A stretch of DNA of 64,000 nt from Camelus dromedarius. Lineage: Eukaryota. The translations under genes and the position numbers were made by a program. The stretch spans positions 20,152,001 to 20,216,000 of the forward strand of contig NC_087437.1 of assembly GCF_036321535.1 (NCBI RefSeq), written 5' to 3'. The first letter of the stretch is position 1. Every line of letters begins with the position of its first letter. Shown in pieces: positions 49,649-61,500 of this stretch. The notes beneath the pieces were generated by a model, which saw only the letters and a program-made list of their open reading frames with translations, was not told the DNA's origin and did no database searches.

Positions 49649-52600
49649 CTTCACCCACACTACTCCTGCCCAAAGGACCAAGTGACAATTTTAGAACTGA
49701 ATGTGACGTACACCCTGCTTGGGTATCACCATGTCCCATTTATCATATCACCAGGCTGGCCAGGAGGGCCTGTGGGGATGCAGGCTTCTCCAGAATGTTG
49801 CCATAGATCGGGGAAGGCATCACAACCTCTATATTCCAAATGGCTCTTGCGAAAATGGGTATCAGGGGCCCGCAGTCTTGAGAAAATCGCCTCTGGTCCT
49901 CTCCTCCACTCCGCGTGCTGAGAAGCCATCTCAGACAATATCTTACTTTGAATGAATATCCCATTTCGTTCCCTGTGCACCTGAATTATAAATCAGCTCA
50001 ACCTCACGCAACCATGGGCTACAGTCATTTCTGAAACTCCTCCAGGTTGGAAGGGGATGATGGAATCAGCTTGTTAAAGACAGATGGGCCCAAGGGCGCA
50101 CCCTTGTGATTTGATTTCAAATATTGCTGGGAAGAGACAAGGAGAAATGGGGAGCGAGAAGGATTTTCTGAGGGAAGAAACTTTGGAGCAAAATTGCATC
50201 TGGTTGCTAACAAAGCTCATCCCTTCTGGGCTACCAGCCTCGCCTGGCAGGAAGGCAGGTTAATTCAGTCAGGAAGGCGGCTTCCCCTCGAGAGGTGAGC
50301 TTATCAAGTGCTGGGAGTGACTCTTTGTTAAGAGAAGTCTGAGCATCTTTCTGGTCACCTTCGCAGCAGTGGCACCCGCCCGCCGCACTTCTGGGAACTC
50401 TGTCTGAGTGAGGCTGACAGGTAGGACCACTTCTGTCTCCATATTAGGAGTCTGAATCTTGAATCCACTGAGGGAAAGTTCAGGAAGAAAGGGCAGAAGC
50501 AAACGAGTGAGACACGTACATCCGGTGCTGGAGTCGGCTTCTGGACAAGGCGGCTCGTCAGGCTCTGTGCTCTCTCCAGACCAGGAGGGAACCGCAGGCT
50601 GGATCGCTTCGAAGGAAAGCGGAGTCTGGGTTGTAATTCCTGACTCCTGCGGGGCCCCTTAGGTTCTGCCCGAGCTTCTGAGCTTCTGTGTGTTTGCAGT
50701 GGATGGTCGGCAAGTTGCTGGTGCAGTTACCCAGCTCGGGAACTGCCATGACACTTGAAGCCGCAGCATTCATGCATTTTTCATTCTACAAATCTTTATT
50801 GACTTTGGATGGAAACGGGGAGACCAATTAGGATGTTATTGCCATAGTCTAAGCAAGAGATAATGATTTCTGAACCAGGGGAGTGGCAGTAGGGATGAAT
50901 TTAAGACAGATTTAGAAGGCAAAATCAGCAAGAGGCAGTAATTGATTAGCTGTCAGCAGTGAAAAAGAAGGAATCTTAGGAGACTGTAAGGTGAGCATCT
51001 AACTGGACAAGAGTGCCACCAACCACAACTAGAAATTCAGGGCAGGAGAAGATCTAGGGGACAATGATGACAGGTACCTGGGGAACATCCCGAAGTGGGC
51101 ACCCAGTTCTAGCCCGAGTCTCCACCCTCCTGGGGACCCACCGCCATCCCGCTGATCCCTCCTTACAGCCCATTTCTTCCCGCTGCGCTGCCTCTCCTTG
51201 GCCAGGGTACTCCAGATCGTCCTCGCCCCCAGCTCATTCTCATCCCTAAGCCTTTGTTTTGTGTTTCCTTCCCAATAGAATCTCTCTCTCCTGCACTGGT
51301 CCAAACCCTTCCCATCAATCAATATTCTCCTTCCTTCTGTGCTCACCGGTTGGAGCAGTCTTGGGATGCTTTCTGGTGCCTTTGTGGTGTCTCTTCTGTG
51401 ACACTGCAGTTGTGCAGTGACCCAGGCAAAGGTGTCTCCCAGAGGCGCCTTGTGGATGTCCTCTCACTGCATGCTTGCTTCCTCCTCTTGCAACATCGCT
51501 CCAGGAAGAGCAGTGACGGAATCCTGTGTAAGGGGGTGTCAGACAATAGCCCGGCAAAGCCTACTGTCGGGAAATACCTGGCAGGTGCAGCAGCACCAGA
51601 AATAGCTTCTCTGTTTCCAGTGAAGCGCTGGACACCGGGCATATCGCTGCCTGAGGTTTGTACGCTGAGACACTGTCATTCCACCTTGAAACAAAGACGA
51701 TGCAGGGCCCTGAACCCGGGTCCCTTTCAGCTTGTAGGATCAGGCTTAGCCTAACGTGGTGCCCCTCTGCCCTTGCTTTACATGAAGCCAGGCCTCCCAG
51801 GGCAGTTGAAAAGCTACTAACCACTTCCTCTGGATTCAGAGATTCAAGATGAAGGGCTCAGCCATCTCAGTCCTAGGCCTTCCCGAAGTGAAGTGTCACA
51901 GAACAGCCTTGAGTATGAAATGCACAATGGAGCCCCGATGAGACCTCTTGGCCAAATTAAATTTGACGTTAACCACAGCCCAAGAAAAAGCCTGCTTCGA
52001 TGCCCTTGAGTCACTGCATATTACAATAAATAGCAAAACAGTTTGTGACATACATGTCCTTCAAAGCCCCAAGGCCAGGGCTGCCCTCCCAGGGCTCACA
52101 GGCTCCTAGCAGCTGGCTGGCCCCTCCCATATGATGCCTGGATCAGATGCTTTATATGTGGAGTCAAGAACTCCAAGGACATGTCTTGTTGAAGGAAAGG
52201 CCAGAGCATTAGCGTGCTGTTAAATCAAGGACTTGATCTGTTAGACCAGTTCAGGTTGCCAGACAGTAATTCATTCTCGGGATTTATACACTTGTGAGGC
52301 CAGGAGGTTTTCGTAGAGGATTCATTCATTCATTCATTCATTCGTGGGTTTATTCATTCAACGTATCCAAATACTCTAACTCTTTAGGGTATCTAGAAGT
52401 TAATAAGACCACTTAACAATTCAGTCTCCTGGGGAAGACAAATATCTTTTTTAAAAAAAAAAGTTAAGTCTGTGGTTTTCTCCTACACTGTGGAGCCTAA
52501 CAGAGCTCTTCCTCACTGAGAATCCCAGTCAAAGGCTTTTATACCCTCGGTATATATTCCTCAACTACAGGAAGCCACCAGCAGTTCCTCCAAGATGCTC

Positions 52601-53159
52601 CTAAATTGCTGGAGTTTCTGGGGGAACCAGTATCAGTCCCTCAGTCATAGTCTGTCCCCCATCCATTCTCCAAGAGCTGAAATGGGCCTCTGACTTTAAG
52701 AAAAGCAGTGCACACCTGTTGGGAATCCGATTAAATCACTGCTTATACATCAGCAAGGGCTGCCCACCCCGACCCATGGATGATGACAGTGAGCAGTGGG
52801 CTTCTCCCTGGATATGCTGATTTCTTTGAGGCCAGTTAAGCAGCTACCACACAGCATGCCCTCCTGTTCTAGGGAGAAGCTGTCTGCCTGTGGTGGGCTT
52901 GCCCTGACTGGTCAGCAACTGGGTATCCATTGCCCTGCCCCAAGAGCTTGGCTGAGCACCCTCAGCCAAAGCCCAGCTTGCTTCACCTGGACGTGCCAAG
53001 CCCTTGGAGGAGTCCCTCTTGTCTAGGATCCCAGAAATGGAATGATAGTCTGTTGGTAGGATCAGCAGAGTGTGAGCTCCTTAAAGGACATCAGAAAGTC
53101 CTCCACATGCAGATAGAGAAATGGGAATTTTAGCTGCTGATGTCAATCACTTACATGGA

Positions 53160-53560
53160 TTATGAGTCAGGATAAGGCAAGTTATGCTGCAGTAACAAAT
53201 GACCCCAAAATCTCTTGGCTTAAAATAACAAAGGTTTATTTATCATTCCTACCATTCCTTCTTGGGTTGAATGCGGCTCTGTTCCATTGGTTTTCCGCTG
53301 GAATCCAGGCTGACAGAACAGCCTCTATCTAGAATGTTATTGATCTCATGACAGATGGAAAAGACCCATGGTGCACAACATTGTAAAATGACTATAACTC
53401 AATAAAAAAAAAGTGTTTAAAAGAAAAGAAAAGACCCGTAGTGAACCATGGACTGGCTCATAAAGCTTCTGCCCTAAGATGACACAGGTCACTTGCACTC
53501 ACATTTCACTGGTCAGAGCAAGTCACATGGCCTAGTACAATCAGTGGGTCAGAGAGGCAT
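53160..53560. mobile_element. MLT1-type MaLR LTR, interrupted by a 54-bp L1 tip
   Basis: gttatgctgcagtaacaaatgaccccaaaatctc..ggcttaaaataacaaaggtttattt and cacatttcactggtcagagcaagtcacatggcc are MLT1 signatures. Another old MLT1-like remnant at about 61700-62020. Confidence 0.75.
53374..53427 (+). mobile_element. Ultra-short L1 3' tip with 16-bp TSD
   Basis: cacaacattgtaaaatgactataactcaataaaaaaaaa; TSD gaaaagacccatggtg (53358-53373) / gaaaagacccgtagtg (53428-53443). Confidence 0.85.
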
Positions 53561-56500
53561 GCTGAAAACAGAGTGCTTCCTATCGTCATGTGGTTCAAGT
53601 ATGGCCTTTGTCAAGAGGCTTCCTTTGTCCCTGGCTTCCCCTGAGACTCTCTATCAGTGAACTGTTCCACCCACCAAAAATAAGAGACTTTCAGCCAGGT
53701 CTCATTTCTGTCTAGTTCACTGCTGCATTCTCACCACAGTGCCTGGTGTGGCTTAGACATTACAGAAACATTTAATGAAATAATGTGGAGTTGCTATTGC
53801 TAATCGTAAGAATATGCTACAGAATGAGGCTTGTGTCCTTGAAGACCATGGTTCCTCTCCCCGGAGACCCTCCCCTTCTCCCCCTCCCTTCCCATGCCCC
53901 ACAGTGGACGATGAGGAGGCACAACTGAGGCTCCCTGTCTGTCACCATTGCCAAGGACCCCCGTGAAGTGCTCAGGACTCTTTGCCCTCACCAGGGCCAT
54001 CCAGAGCAGAATGCAAACCCTGCAATTAAGAAGTCCAGGCAGTGGCCACTGCCCCAAGGCTCCATGGGGGCTCTCCCACCCCAGTGTGTTCTGAAATCTG
54101 CCTCATTCACCTCTGTCTTTATCTACTTGCTGGTTCACAGAGGTTTCCCCATCCTAATAGGGCTCAGGGACCTCAATCAGACCTCACCTTTGGTTCTGAG
54201 CCCCCTCCACTCCAGCCGCAGCTGCCGTGCTCCAGACCAGTGTGAACTCCCAACAGCCTGGTGGGTCCCAGGGACCTTCACGAGGATTCCAAAGGATGTC
54301 TGAGATACGCTGTGATGTACAGACGATGCCTCATCATCTTTGCGAATTATGCATCCTGTTTACCCACTGTTTTCCACGGCATCCCTTGGGGAGAAGAGAG
54401 AACTTGGGGAGAAAGTAAATCTCTCTCAGTTTATTTAAGTGCACCAAAAAATGAAATACAATCTGTTAAGTCTGGGGATGTCTGCACCATCTGGTTAAAT
54501 GTAGCGTGATGCTTTCCGGGAGGCAACATCTGTAGGCTGGGCAGGGTGGCATGCCGCTCCCCTCACCAGGGAAGACATGGGAACTTCACATCGATGGCCT
54601 TGCCAGGGCACATGCTGTCTTCAACATGCCTCTCTGTGGAGAGCCAGCTGTACAGGGAGGCGGGGTCCTGGGAACTGGGCTGGGCTGGGCAGCACACTCT
54701 ACTGTGTGGTAGAAAGAACACTACTGGGTGTCTGAGAGCAGCGCTTGCCTCTAGCTGGTTTGTGGCTATGTGACCTTGGTCAAGTCTCCCCTATCTGACC
54801 CTCAGTCTCCATATTTGCAAAATGTGCAGGAGGTTGCAAGATCTCCCTCCAGGTTGATTGAGGTGGTGCAGTGGGCGTTGTGGGCTTTGAAGCTCGCAAG
54901 TCCTGATGACGGATCTACTCACTGGCTGGTTGTGATTCTGGGTTCACTGAGCCTCAGGTTTCTTATCTGTAAATTGGAATCATAATAGTATTCACCACAC
55001 ATAAGTAACTAAGAAAAAACATTGAAGTACTTAATTCGGGTCTGGCGCTCACTCAGTGCCCAATAAAATGTTCCAAGGAAAATAATAATAATGGTCTGTT
55101 ACGCTGAAAAATAAAGCTCCATAAATATGTGTGCATCAAATAACCCTGACCAAGGATGGCCTTGAATGAAATGTAACCATTTTTGCCTCCTAACCTCCTT
55201 ATGTCTTCTCTCCATCACCTCCCACTGGTACTTGCCTCTCTCCCTCCATCCAGGCTTGTTTTGAAGGAAATTTTCAATCAGCTCCTTCACTAGTCTGAGG
55301 TGTTAATTGCAGTGTGAATTCTATAAGAACATTTGCTCCTTAACAACAGCAAGGTCCATAGTCAAAAAGGACCCTCAAGGGGTGAAGTTCTGAGCCTGTC
55401 AAGGCTGCCCTGATTCTGCCGTGTGCGGGCCTGTCTGCTCTGTGTGGTGGAGAAGCTGGCCTCAGCAGCCGCCAGTCACCTATGTACTGGGCTCTGCTGG
55501 AGCGTGTTGGCAGCATTAGCTTGAGCTAGAAGTCAGGAGTCCTGTGTGCTCAGTTGCATCTCTCTGGCCACCTAAAATTTCAGGAACAGACACACACTTT
55601 GTGTGTGCCCTAATCACTGGCTGTTGTCATGCTGGACAAACCCCGGTGTCAGAGGCAATTCACTTATGGGTCAAAGAAGCTGTTGCCAGGCCACATTGTT
55701 CTCGGGGATTCTGGGAAGATGAACTTATTCCAAAGACCATGTATCTCCCACTCCCAAACCACCCTCAGATCTCTACCTGCTACCACCTTGATAGATTCTT
55801 TCAAATGCCTCTGGAGGGTGATTACTCTTCAGGCTTTGTTAGTAATTAAACCATTAGTGTGAATTAGCTTATCAGATAAGTAAAACGGTTATCAAATAAA
55901 GCTCCAGGAGCATCGGATGAGAACAAGTAAATATTGATGAGAGGTGCAGGGCATGGGCTAGAGGCTGGATGGTTAGGCCCATGTGAGCACTGGGTAGGTG
56001 GCCAGAAGCCTCTCTTGGAGACACTGGGTAGAAGGAAAGGTAGTTATAAACATTACTGAAGTGCCCCCTATGTGTCAGGCATGCTACCAGGAAAAACCCC
56101 GAGAAAAATGCATGTAAATAATGCAGTCAGCACTGCCCACACTTCCCCTGGATGAGCATAGGCTGCAGGGTGACCACGATCTAAGAGACCAGAGTCTCCC
56201 ACCCTCTCAGACACTGCAGTTCCTGGAGGCCTCTCCCAGGGCGAGCCTCTCACAGTGCTAAGCAGAGCATCTGGTTCTAAGGATATATATTTATCACACA
56301 GCCAACCTCCAACTGCAAACCAATGGGCATTTGTACCAAGGCTAGAGGGAAATCTGGAAACATTTTCAAAGACGTACATTGGTTTCCAATATGGCACCTT
56401 CTTAAGGGATTTTTAAGGGTCGTTTAAACTGTAGGAGATGTTTGTGGTGGGTGACTTTGGATCGTAGTCTCTCGGTGAGCTGAGGCTCTGATATACAGAA

Positions 56501-57851
56501 TTCAGAAGGCCAGCAATCCCTGACCAATGGCAGGTAATTCACACACCGCTGTCCATTAAACCCACTTATGGCCGCCTGGTCAGGGCACTGCCGTGAGGGA
56601 GCCCCCACACACTTGGCCCGCGGCACCGGGCACACCTTGGACTCCCTGGTTCTTATTCCCTGGCATCAGGAAGCCCCTAGCCATTCTCCTCCCTTGAGCA
56701 GCCGAGCCCTGTAGAGGATGTGGAGAACTTAGACTCCCTAAGGATGTGGAGAACTCCGCTGGTAGCACCAGAACTTCAGTGCATGTGGCCCAAAGACCCT
56801 CCCAGCTGGGCTGTCCTGTCTCCTGGGCCAGCTGCTCCTGTTCACCACAGCCCCACTCTCCACAAAGCTGTTGGTGTGACTCCCCCAAGGCATAGATCTG
56901 CCTATGACACTCCCACTGCTTCAGGTAAAAGTGCTCACATCTTAGCCTGGAATCACCGTGGTAGCAGGAAAAATAACAACTGTAGTAATGGTGACAAAGT
57001 TATGGGGAACACGGAGTGAGCCCCGTTCACCGTGTGGCAAGCGCTGGTGCGGTCTCTCACTCGGGCCCCACAAAACTGGGGGAGGTAGACAGCAGAGAAG
57101 GGGCTGAGGAGTCGGAAAGGTGAAGTCACTGGTCACAGTCACACAGTCACAAGGCCAGCAAGTCAGGCTGCCTCCAGGCATCAAATTCAAGTTCTGCTGA
57201 CTTCAGAACCCATGTTCTCAACCACTGTACACTTTGGCCTAAACAGATGGTTTGAAAAAAGTGTGGTGAGTGCAAAGTGACTCACACTCCTTCTCCTGGG
57301 ATCCGGACCTAGAACTTTCCCCAACCACAGCCCTGATCACAGTGCATCCCCGCTGTCTGTCAGTTTGTTGGGTCTGAGCTCCCCCAGGTCAGGGACTGCA
57401 CTGATTCATCTTTACCTCACCGGTGCCCAGCAGGGGTCTTGGCACCTGGCCGGTGCTCAGAAAATGGCTGACAGGTTAATGGATGGATGAGCACATGAAT
57501 GAATCCATTGATCCAAATCAAACCCTGGCCCGCTTATCAAAGCCTCCAGGGTAATCTCATTTCTCTAAATCCCTCCAGCACTTTTTTCTTGCACCGTAGC
57601 TAATTGTACTGTCCTGCCCCATGCAGCTCTCTTGTCTATAAGTTACTGATGCCTCCCCAGGCCGATCATAAGCAACTTGGGCAATGATGGTATTTAATCC
57701 TCTTTTTCACAAGTCACCGAGCTCAGGGTTGAGCACCTAGTTCTGTGTTAAGTACACCTAGCAGTTCATTGTGACCCAGGAGCAGAAGACAGGTGAGGAC
57801 AGCCACCCTGGAGGAATGACCCTTTGTTCTTTCTGTCCGCATCCCCCACAG

Positions 57852-58100
57852 GAGCCTCATCTGGCATCATCGACCTCTTGCCGTCCCCCAGCGCAGCCAC
57901 CAACTGGACTGCAGGACTGCTGGTGGACAGCAGCGAGATGATCTTCAAATTTGACGGCAGGCAGGGCGCGAAGATCCCGGACGGGGTTGTGCCCAAGAAC
58001 CTGACGGACCAGTTCACCATCACCATGTGGATGAAGCACGGCCCTAGCACTGGCGTGAGAGCGGAGAAGGAAACCATCCTCTGCAACTCGGATAAAACTG
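57852..58100 (+). CDS. CLSTN2: Calsyntenin-2 coding exon (probably exon 7), start of LamG/LNS-like domain; 249 bp, phase 1-1
   Basis: Acceptor cccacAG ends 57851; donor GTgagt at 58101. Translates (G)ASSGIIDLLPSPSAATNWTAGLLVDSSEMIFKFDGRQGAKIPDGVVPKNLTDQFTITMWMKHGPSTGVRAEKETILCNSDKT. Confidence 0.97.
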
Positions 58101-58577
58101 GTGAGTCTCGCATCCAGCCCTCCTGGCAGCTTCCCATTATGTCCCAGCAGGTTGGGCATGGCCACGGCCACTGAGGGCATGGGACAAAAGCAGGAGCTTG
58201 AGAGGAGCCCTGGGAAAATATTCTGGTCTCTGGTTTTCTGGCTTTTGATTTTCTGGGCTTGGGGAACAGCAGGACCAAGAGACAGGGGTAGAGGCTCAGA
58301 CACAAAGAACGCAAAAGCTAGGATTGGTGATTTTCAGGCTGGATGCTTCAGAACCCCAGCCTCCCCAGAAGTACCTTGGGGCTGCTCTATGTGAGGTGGG
58401 GGCGGGGGAGGAGGCTTCATCCTTACTTCAAGTAAAGCCGCTCCGTCTTCACTGTATTTATATATAGATTTCCAAAAGTTTATTTTCGACAAAAAGTGTC
58501 CTGCTCATCTACCACAGTAGCCTGAAAATCACTGCCGTGTGTAGCAATGATAGCTAAGCTTTGCTAGGCATTTTCAG

Positions 58578-59073
58578 CATGCGAGCCTGTGTAAGGCAGG
58601 TCACGGTGCCAGCTGAAAATCGTCACTCACCATCTGCCTCTACGAGAATGAAGTCACGAGCCGTTCGCTGCAGTCACTGACTTTAACACACCCTGAAAGG
58701 AGCTCGGGGCGGAGATCAGGAATGAGGCCCTCTGTGCTCTGGGAAAACTGGCAGAACAGACCTTCACATAGTTAGATACTTTCAGAAGATTTTATGAGCC
58801 CAAATTCTTGCATTTTCTCGTGTCTAGAAAAGCACTAAAATCATTAACAGACATCTGCTCCTCGTGACTAGCAGCAACCTTCTGCCAAAATGTGTGCTTG
58901 ACTGCATGTATCCCCGCCTTTACTAAAATCATATATATATATATACCTCCCCTCCTCTCTTTGGAGCAGTTCCTCAGAGCTGAGAAGCTTTCTCCCAAAC
59001 TATAGTCCTCATTTTGCCCCCAATGAAACTCAACTCGCAGCTCTCATGTTGTGCATTTTTTTTAAAGTTGATA
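58578..59073 (+). mobile_element. MER41-like cetartiodactyl ERV1 solo LTR, sense orientation, about 480 bp after exon 7
   Basis: ctagaaaagcactaaaatcattaac..ctcctcgtgactagcagcaaccttctgccaaaatgtgtgcttgactgcatgta..ctctttggagcagttcctcagagct..ctctcatgttgtgcattttttt match recalled MER41-type artiodactyl LTRs; possible TSD tcag/acag. Confidence 0.75.
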
Positions 59074-59484
59074 ACAGCTTTGTGGTTAAAAGCACTCCCC
59101 CAACACACACACTTATTGGCTGTGTGACCTTGGGCAAGTTGGTTAACTTCTCTGGGCCTCACTTTCCTATATCAGACATTACAGAATTGCCTACCTCGTA
59201 GGGTTTTTATCAGGATCAAATGACTTAATGCAGGGATAGGGTTTTAGAACAGTACCTGGCACACAGGAAGTACAATATGCGTTAGTTCTTCCTATTTCAA
59301 ACAATGCCTCACATCTCTACAGTTTTATCAAGGCATTGTTATTTCCTGTCTTAAGGATAAGGAAACATCCCTGAGAGCACAGATAAGTAACTAGTCCCAA
59401 GTTATCACCAGCAAGTACAAGATTGGAATGTAAGCTGAGATCCAGCTAACTCCAACCCTACACTCTGCCCACTACACCCCACAG

Positions 59485-59488
<4 letters not shown>

Positions 59489-59533
<45 letters not shown>
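59489..59533. repeat. (CA)22 microsatellite
   Basis: Direct reading. Confidence 0.95.
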
Positions 59534-59535
<2 letters not shown>

Positions 59536-60889
59536 TACTCTGACATCTTATGCAGATTTTTACAATTCTCTTAAATTATAATTCCACAATTTCCCATTTC
59601 AAATGCTACTCTTGTTAAACCTCCAAATAAATGATCACCACAGCAGATACTGCAGTGAGAAGACAGGATAGAAGAAAGGCTGACGGCTCAGCTCCGCTGC
59701 TGGACAGCCGAAGTTCGCATCTCCGCTTTGCCACTATTTAAGATGTGGCTTTGGAGGAATTGCTAATCTCACTGAGACTCAGTTTCCCCATATATAAAAT
59801 GGGGGAAATACACATGAAATAATGTATGAAATCACTTAGCATCAGATATAAAACCAATGCTCCACTAATCTACCCGATGTTGTTATTATTATTATTCCTG
59901 GTTTTATTCCACATTATCCTCCTGTTTCAATCAATCTTTGAAATAAATGTTAATGTATTTTCCGGATGTAGAAACCGAGACAGAGGGAATTGCCTTGCTT
60001 TTCCTAGTCACACGGCAAGTCTATGTCAGAGCCAGGGCCAAGGATTGATTTCCTGGGTCCTTCATACAGGAAGGACCCTGCAGACCTCCCTGAGGTTTGG
60101 GACTGGGTTCAGAGCTCAGTCCAGGACCCCAGAAATCACTCTGTGGCTCCATCTTTGCAGTGCCTGGCGGGACGCTCCCATCGTGATCCAAGAGCCAGCA
60201 TCAAGGAGACAAGGCTTAGCAGCAAACATACGAAAACGCAAAGCGGCCCCAGCTGGTGTTAGCGGTCACACACATGTAGTCCTTTCGGAAATGTATCAAA
60301 TACCCCTGGGAGGCAGGTCAGACCAATATAAAGGTTCCGTCTTACAGAGGAGGAAATTAGAATGTGAAAGATTGACCGACTGGCCCAGGAAAACACAAGC
60401 GATTACCAAAGAAACAGGCCAGGTCCTCTAGCCCGCATTCCAGGCTTAGTCCTCTAGCTCGCATTCCAGGCTCGTGCTACTGGATCAGCGGCTTTGAACC
60501 CTGCTGTGCACTAGAACAACGTGGTGACCCTGTGAAAATACCCAGATGCCAGTGCCCCGCCCCAGCTCAGTAAGTCAGAGTCTGGGGGATTCTTTTGTGC
60601 AGTCACGGCTGAAAACTCCACCTTAGACGATGATGCCTCACTTCCATCAGAACAGCGCCCCCAACACCAACCTGGGCACCTGAAACAAGCAAGACCTGGC
60701 TCTGTTCCACTTTGGCCTCAGCATAAAGTAACACTTGCAAATCGGCTCAGCATTGGCACAAAAAAAGATGGGGAAGATTTTTCTCTAATTCCTCTGACTT
60801 AAAAAAAAATACCTATAAATATCTCCTTATCCTAAATAAAAAATTATCAGGAATAAGTTAAAGCTTAATTAGGGCTTTTATATATCAGA

Positions 60890-61500
60890 AACATTTTTTT
60901 CAAGTTATAAAAGCAACCCGTGTTTAAAGCAGGCAACCTAAAAAACACACAAAGAAATAAAAGAATACACACACCACCTAAAATCCTAATATTTGGAGAT
61001 ATTTTCTGATAACAGTTTGTGTATTTCACTACCGAATGAAATCTTATTTAAAAAAAAAAAGAAATCTTATTTTTATTTCCATGTGTATGTAGATTGTCCT
61101 TACAATTTTAATCTATTGTTTATGACACATGTGATACTATTGTTATGTTTCTCTTAAGTAACATTACATGTATCCAGATCATTTCTCTATGTGATAAAAT
61201 ACTCTTAAAAATATGAATTACGTGACCGTCTTTTGTCATGAGACTTTATTATCCTTTATTTAACTGGCTCACTTTTGTTAGGCATTTAGATTGTCTCCTT
61301 TTAAATGCAAATGAAACAATGCTGCAATAGGCAGTCTTGTAAACACCTAGTAGGCATTCTTGTATGGATATTTCTGATTATTTCCTGACCAGAAGCTGAG
61401 TTACTGCGTCAAAGAATATAAATGTTAGGAAGGCTGTTGATTGGCTATTACCAAATCGCCCTTGGTGAAGATTGCACTGGTTTTGGTCTTGTCCACTAAG
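60890..61500 (-). mobile_element. Old, highly diverged L1M-type fragment
   Basis: ggcatttagattgtctcc..aaacaatgctgcaataggcagtcttgtaaac..attaccaaatcgccct resembles antisense ancient L1 ORF2 end. Similar fragment at about 15780-16330. Confidence 0.5.

Noticed and set aside
55865..55876. tagcttatcaga is identical to the first 12 nt of miR-21-5p
   Set aside because: The match stops at 12 nt (continues taag, not ctga) and no pre-miRNA hairpin is evident; expected by chance given many miRNAs and 64 kb.
57766..58314. 182-aa and 148-aa antisense ORFs over exon 7 (and similar ones over exons 3 and 4)
   Set aside because: Shadow ORFs caused by GC-rich codon usage of the sense exon; no protein similarity.
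59826..60431. Longest ORF in the track (201 aa) with a hydrophobic N-terminus
   Set aside because: Overlaps MIR-like fragments and a low-complexity tta run; no recognisable domain or splice support.
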